Source: Thermoplasmata archaeon (GTDB lineage: Archaea > Thermoplasmatota > Thermoplasmata > Thermoplasmatales > ARK-15). From it: a stretch of 64,000 nucleotides of DNA. The DNA is taken from NCBI GenBank assembly GCA_039794005.1, contig JBAMMA010000001.1:94057-158056 (forward strand). Direction: 5' to 3'. Below, in pieces: positions 18,913 to 28,508 of this stretch. A program made the translations under genes and the position numbers. Within the stretch, counting starts at the first letter, position 1, and every line of letters begins with the position of its first letter. Under the pieces are notes generated by a model that was not told the origin of the DNA, made no database searches, and saw nothing but the letters and a program-made list of their open reading frames with translations.

Positions 18913-20403
18913 ATGAGATTAATACCTGAAGAAATTGATAAATTTTTAAACTCTGAACATGGTGTATCATTGTTGATTAAAGGGTCCCCAGGTAGCGGGA
19001 AAACAACATTTTCACTACAAATTTTAGATAGAATGAAAAGCTATAAAAATGCAATATATGTATCCACTAGAATAGGAGATATAAGTTTATATAACCAATT
19101 TCCATGGTTAAAAGATGTAGAAAAAAACATTAAATTGATCATATTTTCAAAAACATTTGTTGAAAAAATTAATAAAAATGTTCAGGAAAATGAAATTAAG
19201 TACATTGCCAAAGAGATGCTAACTGAAATGAGGAATAATGAAAAGCATGTATCCAGATTTATGTATAACAGATTATTCAAGGACAACTTTATTCCGGAAA
19301 TAGAAAGAATTTATGATGAAGTAGAATCTAATTTACCCAAACAATCCATCATTGTAATAGATTCCATAGAGGGTATTACAATACCAAATGGAATAGATAC
19401 AGGTAATTTCATGTACATGATTCAAAAAGATATTATTGAAAGTGCAGGTTCTACTGTAATATTTGTATCAGAAAAAAATAGTATAGAACCAGAAGATTAT
19501 ATTGCTGATGGTGTAATTTACATGGATTATGAATATTTTGAAAATTATGATAATATGTTAAGATATATAAATATAAAAAAATTGAGAGGATATAAAATAA
19601 AAGAAAATCGATATATTTTTACTCTTGAAAATGGTAAAGTTGGAATATTCAATTATCCAGAATTGAGAAAATCTAAATCTGGAAAGTTTAATGCTATAAA
19701 AAATGGTGTAAAATATAGCACTGGAATAAAAGATTTGGATAATTTACTTAATGGAGGAATTAAACCAGGTAATATATTAACCATGAATGTTTCCAATAAT
19801 ACGACATTTTCAAATTTTTGGCTAATCAATAAACCTTTACTATTAAACGCATTATATAACAATTTTTGTATTGTTTTTCTTGCTGTTTCATCAAATACAT
19901 TTTCCAATCCAATTGAAAGCTTTTGTCAGGATGTAGGTTATGATATTTGTGATTCTAAAGTGAGATTTGTTAATTATTTCCCATACTCATATCTAAAAAA
20001 GGGGTTAATAGAAGATATTTTAGTGGACAGGGATTCAATAGCACTGAATGACTTTAAGGTCTTAAGTGAAATAAATAAGATTTCTGAAAATAAATATCCA
20101 ATATTGTTTTATTTAGATTATCCATCTCTTGAAAACATAAAAGGGTATATGGATGCCAAAAAGGAATTAAATTATATAATAAATTACATAAGAGGGAATA
20201 ATAAACATATAGGTGTAATATATAAGAATGAAAATGTAGATGTTGAAAATGAGATTAAATCTTTATCCAACTATTACATTAACATAGTAACTATAAAAGG
20301 CAATACATTCATATATGGAGTCAAACCGGAATTTCACTTGCATGGAGTTATGCCAGATGAAAATCTGGGAGAGCCCAATGTTAAATTAATACAAGTATTG
20401 TGA
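18913..20403 (+). CDS. GvpD/KaiC-like RecA-superfamily ATPase with active N-terminal and degenerate C-terminal domain
   Basis: Walker A GSPGSGKT, YVSTR, Walker B IVIDS, ADGVI, KLRG; second repeat YSTGIKDLDNLLNGG lacks Walker A. Confidence 0.85.
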   Translation: MRLIPEEIDKFLNSEHGVSLLIKGSPGSGKTTFSLQILDRMKSYKNAIYVSTRIGDISLYNQFPWLKDVEKNIKLIIFSKTFVEKINKNVQENEIKYIAKEMLTEMRNNEKHVSRFMYNRLFKDNFIPEIERIYDEVESNLPKQSIIVIDSIEGITIPNGIDTGNFMYMIQKDIIESAGSTVIFVSEKNSIEPEDYIADGVIYMDYEYFENYDNMLRYINIKKLRGYKIKENRYIFTLENGKVGIFNYPELRKSKSGKFNAIKNGVKYSTGIKDLDNLLNGGIKPGNILTMNVSNNTTFSNFWLINKPLLLNALYNNFCIVFLAVSSNTFSNPIESFCQDVGYDICDSKVRFVNYFPYSYLKKGLIEDILVDRDSIALNDFKVLSEINKISENKYPILFYLDYPSLENIKGYMDAKKELNYIINYIRGNNKHIGVIYKNENVDVENEIKSLSNYYINIVTIKGNTFIYGVKPEFHLHGVMPDENLGEPNVKLIQVL

Positions 20404-20413
20404 GGTGAAAAAT

Positions 20414-20731
20414 ATGGATACAGGTATATTGGAAAATCTGGGTTTAGAGGCCTTAGCAATTGTAAGAAGGGATGGTATGTTTGTTGATGGAGTAATTCCA
20501 AACTATGTTGATAAAGAGACATTTTCTATCATGTCTGCCACAATTTTCATGAGCACAATAAGCACATATACTGAGTTCAAATTATCACAACCTGAAAAAA
20601 TTCTCGTGTACAATCAAGGACTGAACATGTTATTGTATCCAAAAAATGAAAGAGAAATCGTAGTATCACTTTTCCCCAATGATAAAAATCCAGATGAAAT
20701 ATATCAGAAATTAATATCGTTAATCAAATAA
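20414..20731 (+). CDS. Roadblock/LC7 domain protein
   Basis: AIVRRDGMFV, ETFSIMSATI pattern, ~105 aa; GAGGTGA RBS overlaps ATPase stop. Confidence 0.75.
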   Translation: MDTGILENLGLEALAIVRRDGMFVDGVIPNYVDKETFSIMSATIFMSTISTYTEFKLSQPEKILVYNQGLNMLLYPKNEREIVVSLFPNDKNPDEIYQKLISLIK

Positions 20732-21161
20732 TCCTCTAATATTATATTATTGATCTAGCAACTGAAATATCAATTGAAGATTTAAAAAGTCATACACAAA
20801 CATATTCTCAGTGAAGATTAAAAAGTTTATAATAAAAATAATCTTCAATTTCTATTTTATTAAATTTTATATATACAATTTGATATATTTATTATGCCAT
20901 TTTAACTTTATATATAAAACTTTTTATGTTGAACTGTCCATACTTGATATTAATGATCTGATCTAGGAAATTCTTGAACATAAAATTTCTCTTTCGGTAT
21001 AGTTTACAAAATAAATTCTTGTAAATTTGATTTGATATAAAGATAATGATTTAAAAAAATGAATGTGGAAGAAGAATATCTTCATTTATTATTTTTAATA
21101 ATAGAGAATATTTTCAATATTTCACGATAACTTTTTATTTAAATTATTATTCAATTGTTCA

Positions 21162-22073
21162 ATGGAAATATTTGAGATAGGCCGCTGGATAGAAACTCAC
21201 AGATCAAGATATGACATGTCAAATAGCGGTATGGGTAAAAGAATAGATTTAAAAAAATATTTAAATAATTATAAATTTAGAAGTGAAAATGAAGTTAAAG
21301 AAATTATTGCAAATCTCTATTCAATAAATTCTGAAGATATTCTTTTAACACATGGTGCAACTGAAGGATATTCAATATATCTCTTCATAAAAAGAAATAG
21401 CATAAAGTGCAAATACATATTACCTGAATATGAATTAATATTCAAAGTCCCAAAAATTTTTAACATTGAAAGTGGAGATGTACTCTGTGTAAGCAATCCC
21501 CACAACCCAACAGGTGAATTTTTGAGCATCAATGAGAGATCTATAATTGATGAAACCTTTTTATTTTTTTATGAGGATCCATATAAAATAAAATATAAAG
21601 AGAACATTGCCAGAATTAATACATTTACAAAATTCTTTGGAGATGAAATAAGGTTGGGTTGGATCATTTCAAATGATACCAATTCAATAGAAGGTCTCAG
21701 AGGAATACTGTTTGAAAGAGTATCTTCCATAAATTTAGGAATAGCATATGAAATGCTTAAAGATTATGACAATATAAAGGATTATTTAAGAGCAATATCA
21801 GAAGATAATTTAAATTATATCAAAAAAAATATGGGAAGATTAAAATATTACAATGGTTCTAATCCAGTTCCAGGAACTGTTGTTTTTATTGATTATTCTT
21901 ATTATACAAATTTGGATTCTGTTACTATATCTGAAATGCTTTATAAACATGATATTTCAGTGGTTCCTTCGATTTATTTTGGCGTTAACGGAAATTATTT
22001 AAGAATATCGTACACTTCAGAGAATTTTAAAGATGGTTTTGATAAACTTTTAAACTTTTTTGAAAATATTTAA
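21162..22073 (+). CDS. Class I/II PLP-dependent aminotransferase (compact)
   Basis: THGATEG, SNPHNPTG, IDETF, TFTKFFG..IRLGW, LRISY. Confidence 0.85.
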   Translation: MEIFEIGRWIETHRSRYDMSNSGMGKRIDLKKYLNNYKFRSENEVKEIIANLYSINSEDILLTHGATEGYSIYLFIKRNSIKCKYILPEYELIFKVPKIFNIESGDVLCVSNPHNPTGEFLSINERSIIDETFLFFYEDPYKIKYKENIARINTFTKFFGDEIRLGWIISNDTNSIEGLRGILFERVSSINLGIAYEMLKDYDNIKDYLRAISEDNLNYIKKNMGRLKYYNGSNPVPGTVVFIDYSYYTNLDSVTISEMLYKHDISVVPSIYFGVNGNYLRISYTSENFKDGFDKLLNFFENI

Positions 22074-22143
22074 TTAAATATATATTTATAAAATAAAACT
22101 AAAATATTAAATTGTTCTAATCTTTAAAGGATTTGGTGATAGG

Positions 22144-23367
22144 ATGAAAGATAAGATTGAAATGGATAAGCCGGTAGTAGAAATGGACGGAGATGAAATG
22201 ACAAGAATTATATGGAAATGGGTTAAAGAAAAATTACTGTATCCATATGTGGATCTTAAAACTGAATATTATGATTTGCATGTTTTAAACAGGGATAAAA
22301 CAAATGATCAAGTAACATACCAATCAGCAGAGGCTGTAAAAAGATGGGGTGTTGGAGTTAAGTGTGCAACAATTACACCAAATAAGGAAAGGGTGAAGGA
22401 ATACAATCTAAAGAAGGAGTGGCCGAGCCCAAATGCAACAATAAGGAAAATTTTAGATGGTACGGTTTTTAGAGCACCAATTATTGTAAAATCTATAAAT
22501 CCTGCCGTAAGATTCTGGAAAAAACCAATCGTTGTAGCAAGACATGCGTTTGGAGATATTTATGATGGCGTAGGTATAAGGTTTGAAGAGCCCGGTAAAG
22601 CTGAAATTATTTACAAATCAAATAGTGGAAAAGAGAAGAGAGTTGAATTCCCAGAATTCAATTCATCGGGAGTCCTTCAGGGTATTTACAACATAGATAA
22701 ATCCATTGAAGGATTTGCTAGGGCATCATTCAGATATGCCTTGGAAAACAAATTGGATTTATGGTTCGCAACCAAGGATACAATATCCAAGGTATATGAT
22801 GCAAGATTCAAGGAAATATTCAATGAAATTTATGAAAAGGAATATAAGGAAAAATTCGAAAATAACAGATTAAATTATAATTATTATTTAATAGATGATG
22901 CGGTTGCCCGTGTGGTAAGATCGGAAGGTGGATTTGTCTGGGCATGTAAAAATTATGACGGGGATGTATTTTCAGATTTTGTTTCAACCGCATATGTTGG
23001 AACATTAGCTCTGATGACATCAGAATTAATGTCCCCCGAGGGATATTATTTATCGGAAGCCGCACATGGAACGGTTCAAAGGCATTATTACAGATACATA
23101 AAGGGAGAAAAAGTATCTACAAATCCAACCGCTATTATATATGCATGGACAAGAGCTTTAAAGAAAAGGGGGGAGTTGGATAAAAATGATGATTTGGTTA
23201 ATTTCTCAATAACTCTGGAAAAAGCTGTTCTCAAGACAATTGAAGATGACAAGATAATGACTCAAGATATGGCGAAAATAACTGAACCTCCAATTGATAA
23301 TTATGTAGATACTGAACAATTCATAAATGCCATCAAGAATAATTTAGAGAAAATGCTAAAAAAATAA
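22144..23367 (+). CDS. icd: NADP-dependent isocitrate dehydrogenase, subfamily II
   Basis: EMDGDEMTRIIW, VKCATITP, SPNATIR, KNYDGDV, EAAHGTVQRHY, STNP. Confidence 0.95.
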   Translation: MKDKIEMDKPVVEMDGDEMTRIIWKWVKEKLLYPYVDLKTEYYDLHVLNRDKTNDQVTYQSAEAVKRWGVGVKCATITPNKERVKEYNLKKEWPSPNATIRKILDGTVFRAPIIVKSINPAVRFWKKPIVVARHAFGDIYDGVGIRFEEPGKAEIIYKSNSGKEKRVEFPEFNSSGVLQGIYNIDKSIEGFARASFRYALENKLDLWFATKDTISKVYDARFKEIFNEIYEKEYKEKFENNRLNYNYYLIDDAVARVVRSEGGFVWACKNYDGDVFSDFVSTAYVGTLALMTSELMSPEGYYLSEAAHGTVQRHYYRYIKGEKVSTNPTAIIYAWTRALKKRGELDKNDDLVNFSITLEKAVLKTIEDDKIMTQDMAKITEPPIDNYVDTEQFINAIKNNLEKMLKK

Positions 23368-23418
23368 AGCAAATTTTGCTACAAAATATTTAAATTTTAT
23401 TCAATTTTTAATTTTTAT

Positions 23419-24168
23419 ATGGAAGATGTACTTGAAATAAAGGATTTGGTAGCTGAAATTGATGGTAAAAAAATATTGGATGGCGTTAACCTAATAATAA
23501 AAAAAGGAGAAATTCATGCCATTATGGGTCCCAATGGTTCAGGAAAATCTACCTTGGCACGTATTATAATGGGGGATTTTAGATATAAAATAACATCTGG
23601 AGATATTTTGTTGAACGGAAAATCTATCAAAGAATTGCCACCAGAGGAAAGGTCAAAGTTGGGAATATTCATGAGTTTCCAACAACCGATAGAAGTTTCC
23701 GGTCTAAAACTTTTTACATATTTAAAGACGATATACTCAATTCATAACGATCAAAATATATCATTTCAAGATTTTATAAAATACATTCAAGAGAAGGCCA
23801 ACAATCTCAGGATAGATTCCTCTATTTTAAGTAGAAATCTGAACGAGGGATTTTCAGGAGGAGAGAGAAAAAAGATAGAAATTTTGCAAATGCTCTTGGT
23901 AAGACCAAAATTCAGCATAATTGATGAAATAGATTCAGGTTTAGATGTAGATTCATTGGAATTGGTTGCAAAATCTATTAACGATATTTATAAGAATGAA
24001 TTGATAGGCATTATTTTAATTACTCATTACATGAGGATTCTAAAATATGTAAAGCCATCTTATGTACATGTATTAATGGATGGAAAGATTGTCAAGAGTG
24101 GAGACTATTCATTGGCATTGGAGATTGAGGAGAAGGGATATGAATGGATAAGGGAAAAGATGAATTAA
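23419..24168 (+). CDS. sufC: Fe-S cluster assembly ATPase SufC
   Basis: GPNGSGKS, FQQP, NEGFSGGERKK, DEIDSGLD, ITHY. Confidence 0.96.
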   Translation: MEDVLEIKDLVAEIDGKKILDGVNLIIKKGEIHAIMGPNGSGKSTLARIIMGDFRYKITSGDILLNGKSIKELPPEERSKLGIFMSFQQPIEVSGLKLFTYLKTIYSIHNDQNISFQDFIKYIQEKANNLRIDSSILSRNLNEGFSGGERKKIEILQMLLVRPKFSIIDEIDSGLDVDSLELVAKSINDIYKNELIGIILITHYMRILKYVKPSYVHVLMDGKIVKSGDYSLALEIEEKGYEWIREKMN

Positions 24169-25559
24169 AATTGGATAATTTAGGGAAGGAGAATTACAAC
24201 TTTGTTACAAAGGCAAAATATCCACACGTATTTGAGCCCGGTTTATCGAGAGAAATAGTAGAAGAGATATCAGAAATAAAAAAGGAACCGGAATGGATGA
24301 AAAGAATGAGGTTAAAATCCTATGAAATTTTTGTTTCAAAACCAATGCCGAATTGGGGTCCGCCGCTGGATATTGATTTTGATAAGATCAGATATTATGT
24401 ATTGCCTGATGAAATAAAGGCAAGAAAATGGGAAGACCTTCCGGAAGAAATAAGGAAAACATACGAGATTTTGGGTGTACCTGAAGCAGAAAGAAAATAT
24501 TTATCAGGGACTGTAGCAGTCTTGGATTCGGAAGGTGTATATTATAACATTAAGAAAAATCTGGAAGAGAAAGGAGTAATAATGATGGACATGGACTCTG
24601 CTTTAAAAAAATATCCAGATTTTATAAAACAATATTTTATGCAATTGGTTCCTCCATCTGATAACAAATTTGCCGCCCTAAATGGAGCTGTTTGGAGCGG
24701 AGGTACCTTTATTTATGTCCCCGAAAATGTAAAGATAGATCTGCCATTAATGGCCTATTTCAGGATGAACATGGTATCAGAGGGGCAGTTCGAGCATACA
24801 ATAATAATAGCTGAAAAAAATAGCTATGTAAGTTATATTGAAGGATGTACCGCTCCCATTTACAATGAAAATTCATTACACAGTGCTGTTGTTGAAGTCT
24901 ATGTAAAGGAAGGTGCACATGTAAAATTCACAACAGTTCAAAATTGGAGTAAAGATATATATAACCTAAACACAGAAAGGGCCAAAGTTGAAAAAAATGG
25001 CAGGATTGAATGGGTAGGTGGCTCACTGGGATCAAAAGTAACAATGTTATATCCATCTTCATATCTTGTTGGAGAAAATGCATCCTCTAGCAATTTAAAC
25101 ATATCATTCGCGTCAGATGGTACCTGGAAGGATAACGGAGCAAAGGTTCTACATCTTGCTCCAAACACCAGCTCAAAGATAATTTCAAAGAGTATAAGCA
25201 TGAAAGGTGGTGTTTCTGTATACAGGGGACTCGTAAGGATAAATAGAGGGGCTGTAAATTCTAAATCTCACACACAATGTGACACTCTTATTTTGGATGA
25301 TCAATCAACAAATTATACATTCCCACATAATGAAGTGTTAGAAAACTCAGCCACTGTTACACATGAAGCATCTGCCGGAAAAATTGGAGAGGAGCAGTTA
25401 TTTTACCTCATGAGCCGTGGATTGAGCGAGGATGAATCAAGGGCGTTGATTGTTTTGGGATTTTTGGATGATGTGATGAAAGAAATACCATTGGAATTTT
25501 CAATCGAATTGAATAGGTTAATAAGGGTAAAGTTAAAGGAGTTGGGTGGTACAGGATGA
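24144..25559 (+). CDS. sufB: Fe-S cluster assembly protein SufB
   Basis: KKEPEWM, DNKFAALN, GQFEHT, YIEGCTAP, LHSAVVE, QCD, THEAS, YLMSRG. Confidence 0.96.
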   Translation: MDKGKDELKLDNLGKENYNFVTKAKYPHVFEPGLSREIVEEISEIKKEPEWMKRMRLKSYEIFVSKPMPNWGPPLDIDFDKIRYYVLPDEIKARKWEDLPEEIRKTYEILGVPEAERKYLSGTVAVLDSEGVYYNIKKNLEEKGVIMMDMDSALKKYPDFIKQYFMQLVPPSDNKFAALNGAVWSGGTFIYVPENVKIDLPLMAYFRMNMVSEGQFEHTIIIAEKNSYVSYIEGCTAPIYNENSLHSAVVEVYVKEGAHVKFTTVQNWSKDIYNLNTERAKVEKNGRIEWVGGSLGSKVTMLYPSSYLVGENASSSNLNISFASDGTWKDNGAKVLHLAPNTSSKIISKSISMKGGVSVYRGLVRINRGAVNSKSHTQCDTLILDDQSTNYTFPHNEVLENSATVTHEASAGKIGEEQLFYLMSRGLSEDESRALIVLGFLDDVMKEIPLEFSIELNRLIRVKLKELGGTG

Positions 25560-26764
25560 TTGGTGAAAGCAAGATTGTTAAAATTTCTGAATCTTTTGAG
25601 GAACCCGAATGGTTATTAAATTTAAGATTAAAAAATCTGGAAAGGTATTATGAATTGAAAAAGTTAAAAATTTCAGATTCCCCTTTAGAAAAAAGTTATT
25701 CAAATTTTAGCATAGATCGATTTTTTTCAGGTATAAGCATAGAAAGAGGTCTGGGTGGCCAAGTGTACCCTGAAGAGAATTATTTTGTTTTCGATTACAG
25801 AGATGAGGGTAATTTAAATTTTTACATAAAAACAGAATTTTATGAATTAATGGATATTAAATCAGCCATCAAAAATTATCCAGAGATAGTTAAAAATTCA
25901 ATGGAATACGTTAAAGATTACAACACTGCAATATCTAATGCGACATTTCATGGAGGCCTTTTTGTTAAATTTTTGGATTATAAGAATATATCACATCCAT
26001 TAAAAATTAAGATTAAATATACAGGGGGATTTTATTCTATTAAAAATATCATATATGTAGGTAAAAATGTAAATTCTGAATTCATAGAACATTTGCATAT
26101 GGATCCTGCATTTATGGGTTTGTCGAACACTTATATTTATCATGACATAAATTCAAAAATAAAGCATATCACCATGTTGGATGGAAATAGTTGTGAAAAT
26201 TTAAACATTAAGAATAGCTATCAAGAACCTGGATCATACGATGAGTGGTATGTGGCCGTAAAGAATTCATCGAGTTCAATAATAAATTCAAACATTGTTT
26301 TGAATTCGAAATCAAAATATAAAAATATAACAGCTGTAATTTCAAAAAATCATGAAATATACGATTTGTCATCAAATATATACCATGTTGGTGAAAATTC
26401 TTATAGTGAATCTATAATGAAAATGGTAGCACTGAACGAGTCTAAAATTGTAAGCAGAGGAATCATCGATATTGATAAAAATGCTAAAGAATCTTACGGT
26501 TATTATGGCTCACATTCGATTTTAGTGGATGAAAGGGCCCGCGCATATTCTTTGCCATTTTTAAAAATATATGGAGACGGTTCATATGCAAAACATGAAT
26601 CTACAATATCAAACATCGATGACGAAACGTTATTCTATTTGAAAAGTCGTGGCCTTGATGAATCTAAATCCAAGGACCTAATAATACAGGGTTTCATTGA
26701 TCCAATAGTGAGAGAAATTTTGAAATATGAAGGAAAAAGGTTTTTGGTATATGGTGAAGAGTGA
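25556..26764 (+). CDS. sufD: SufD-like protein
   Basis: EPEWL, beta-helix repeats, AKHESTI, LFYLKSRGL..IIQGF. Confidence 0.85.
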   Translation: MIGESKIVKISESFEEPEWLLNLRLKNLERYYELKKLKISDSPLEKSYSNFSIDRFFSGISIERGLGGQVYPEENYFVFDYRDEGNLNFYIKTEFYELMDIKSAIKNYPEIVKNSMEYVKDYNTAISNATFHGGLFVKFLDYKNISHPLKIKIKYTGGFYSIKNIIYVGKNVNSEFIEHLHMDPAFMGLSNTYIYHDINSKIKHITMLDGNSCENLNIKNSYQEPGSYDEWYVAVKNSSSSIINSNIVLNSKSKYKNITAVISKNHEIYDLSSNIYHVGENSYSESIMKMVALNESKIVSRGIIDIDKNAKESYGYYGSHSILVDERARAYSLPFLKIYGDGSYAKHESTISNIDDETLFYLKSRGLDESKSKDLIIQGFIDPIVREILKYEGKRFLVYGEE

Positions 26765-27760
26765 TTATTCAAATATTATTTCTTTTATTTCCAAAATTCT
26801 ATCAGGTTTGTAATAAGGATCCTTAACTATTCTCTGTGGCTTTTTATCAAATATCAATATTTTGTTTGGCTTTCCAGTAAATTTTTGCATTGTTAATGTG
26901 GAATATTCAATGACTTTCTCCTCATCGATAGAAAAGTAAAGCCAAGCTAACCTCATTTCCATCCTTATTGATGGTACTGTTATCATAGCATTATCTGTGC
27001 CTATTCCAATTTTTAATTTATCATTTTTGAATTTTTCAACATCAAATTTATGCTTGAAAAACAAGGTGGAACTTGGACAAATAATAACTGGAATATCATT
27101 TTCAATTATCTTTTCAAAATCTTCATGATCTCCATAGTACATATGAATAATAAAATCTGGCTTCAATTTCAAAACATCATCGATATTTTCCCTGAAACCT
27201 TCACTAACGTGCATTGAAAATAATTTATTATTTTTTTTTGCGTATTTTGATACCTTCTCCAAAAATTCAAATGGATAATCATTGATTCCGCTCATTCCAA
27301 TACCAGAACTTTTTTTTATAATTTCTTCCAACTCATTTTCATTATATTCTGAACTGGCGGGCCTGGACAATATAAATGGACGAACATTCCCAAAATCGAT
27401 GTTTTCCAATAATTTAATTCCTTCAATACCAGATTCTCTAAAATCAAAGAATGCACCTACATTTTCATTTTCCATTATTTTTATTGAATATTTTATCCCT
27501 TCCCGAATTACATTTTTATTTGTAGAACTCAACATTTTGGATTTGAAGCCACCGGGTCCTACAAGATTTTTCACATCCAATCTAGGTACTTTATCAATAA
27601 ATCCATCACCTAAATGTGTGTGGGAATTAACAAAATTTGATGTAATTGTAATTTCTGGTTCGACATCTTTCTCTCTTATATAAATGGTTCCATTCTCATA
27701 TTTTAATCTACCAATAACTCCCCTTTCATAAACGGATATAAAGGCATTATCAAATATCAT
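26765..27760 (-). CDS. Amidohydrolase-superfamily metalloenzyme
   Basis: NSHTHLGD, DFRE, HVSE, IIHM, CPSS, GTDN. Confidence 0.85.
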   Translation of the reverse strand: MIFDNAFISVYERGVIGRLKYENGTIYIREKDVEPEITITSNFVNSHTHLGDGFIDKVPRLDVKNLVGPGGFKSKMLSSTNKNVIREGIKYSIKIMENENVGAFFDFRESGIEGIKLLENIDFGNVRPFILSRPASSEYNENELEEIIKKSSGIGMSGINDYPFEFLEKVSKYAKKNNKLFSMHVSEGFRENIDDVLKLKPDFIIHMYYGDHEDFEKIIENDIPVIICPSSTLFFKHKFDVEKFKNDKLKIGIGTDNAMITVPSIRMEMRLAWLYFSIDEEKVIEYSTLTMQKFTGKPNKILIFDKKPQRIVKDPYYKPDRILEIKEIIFE

Positions 27761-28503
27761 TTTTTACCTCTCTGGACCAATTCGAATCCATATTCTGTTA
27801 TTTTAAACGTTTTAACTTCAGGGTTAAATGTTGTACCTCTCATTTTTAATATCTGCAAAGTTCTTTCATCCATGTTTCTTTTAATTGTCCTTTTCAGTAA
27901 TATTATACCTCCAGCTAAAATAAACTCTGGCTTAACATTTTCCAAATTTCCCTCATCTGTGAAAATTGCAGTAACACCTTTCTCAACAAAAAATCTTATG
28001 AATTTTGCCATTACAGGATTTCTTGTTTCTGGATCTGCTCCAAATCTTTTTAATGTTGTAAATGAATCCATCACTACTCTGTTAAAATTTCTTTCTTTAA
28101 ATTCCAATTCCAATTTTAACTGAAGACTTTCAAATGTCAGTTCACCCTTTTCCATTTTTCTATTTACATTTGAAAGATCTCTAATTTCCCCTTTTGCTGT
28201 CATGTCTCTGACGCCTGCTCCAGTTGTATAAAGAGAAGGAGATGGTACAGCATCCATAACGTTCAATGATAGAAAATTCCATCCGAAAGATTCCGTTATA
28301 GGATTCAATATATCGTAGGGTGGTCGGTCTGTGGAAATGTATAAGCATCTTTCCCCCAACCTTAAACCTTCATATAAAAATTTCAGCGCAAACAATGTTT
28401 TTCCAGTACCGGAATCCCCCATTATAAAATAAACTTTATTTTCAGGTAATCCCCCATTTACCATTTCATCAAACCAATCGATTCCAACTTTTACCCTCGG
28501 CAT
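27757..28503 (-). CDS. KaiC/RAD55-like single-domain ATPase
   Basis: GIDWFDEMVNGGLP, GDSGTGKT, VVMDS, ILKMRG. Confidence 0.88.
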   Translation of the reverse strand: MPRVKVGIDWFDEMVNGGLPENKVYFIMGDSGTGKTLFALKFLYEGLRLGERCLYISTDRPPYDILNPITESFGWNFLSLNVMDAVPSPSLYTTGAGVRDMTAKGEIRDLSNVNRKMEKGELTFESLQLKLELEFKERNFNRVVMDSFTTLKRFGADPETRNPVMAKFIRFFVEKGVTAIFTDEGNLENVKPEFILAGGIILLKRTIKRNMDERTLQILKMRGTTFNPEVKTFKITEYGFELVQRGKK

Positions 28504-28508
28504 TTAGA

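Noticed and set aside
18913-20403. Circadian clock or gas vesicle system
   Set aside because: No kaiA/kaiB or gvpA/gvpE in the window; the second ATPase domain is degenerate
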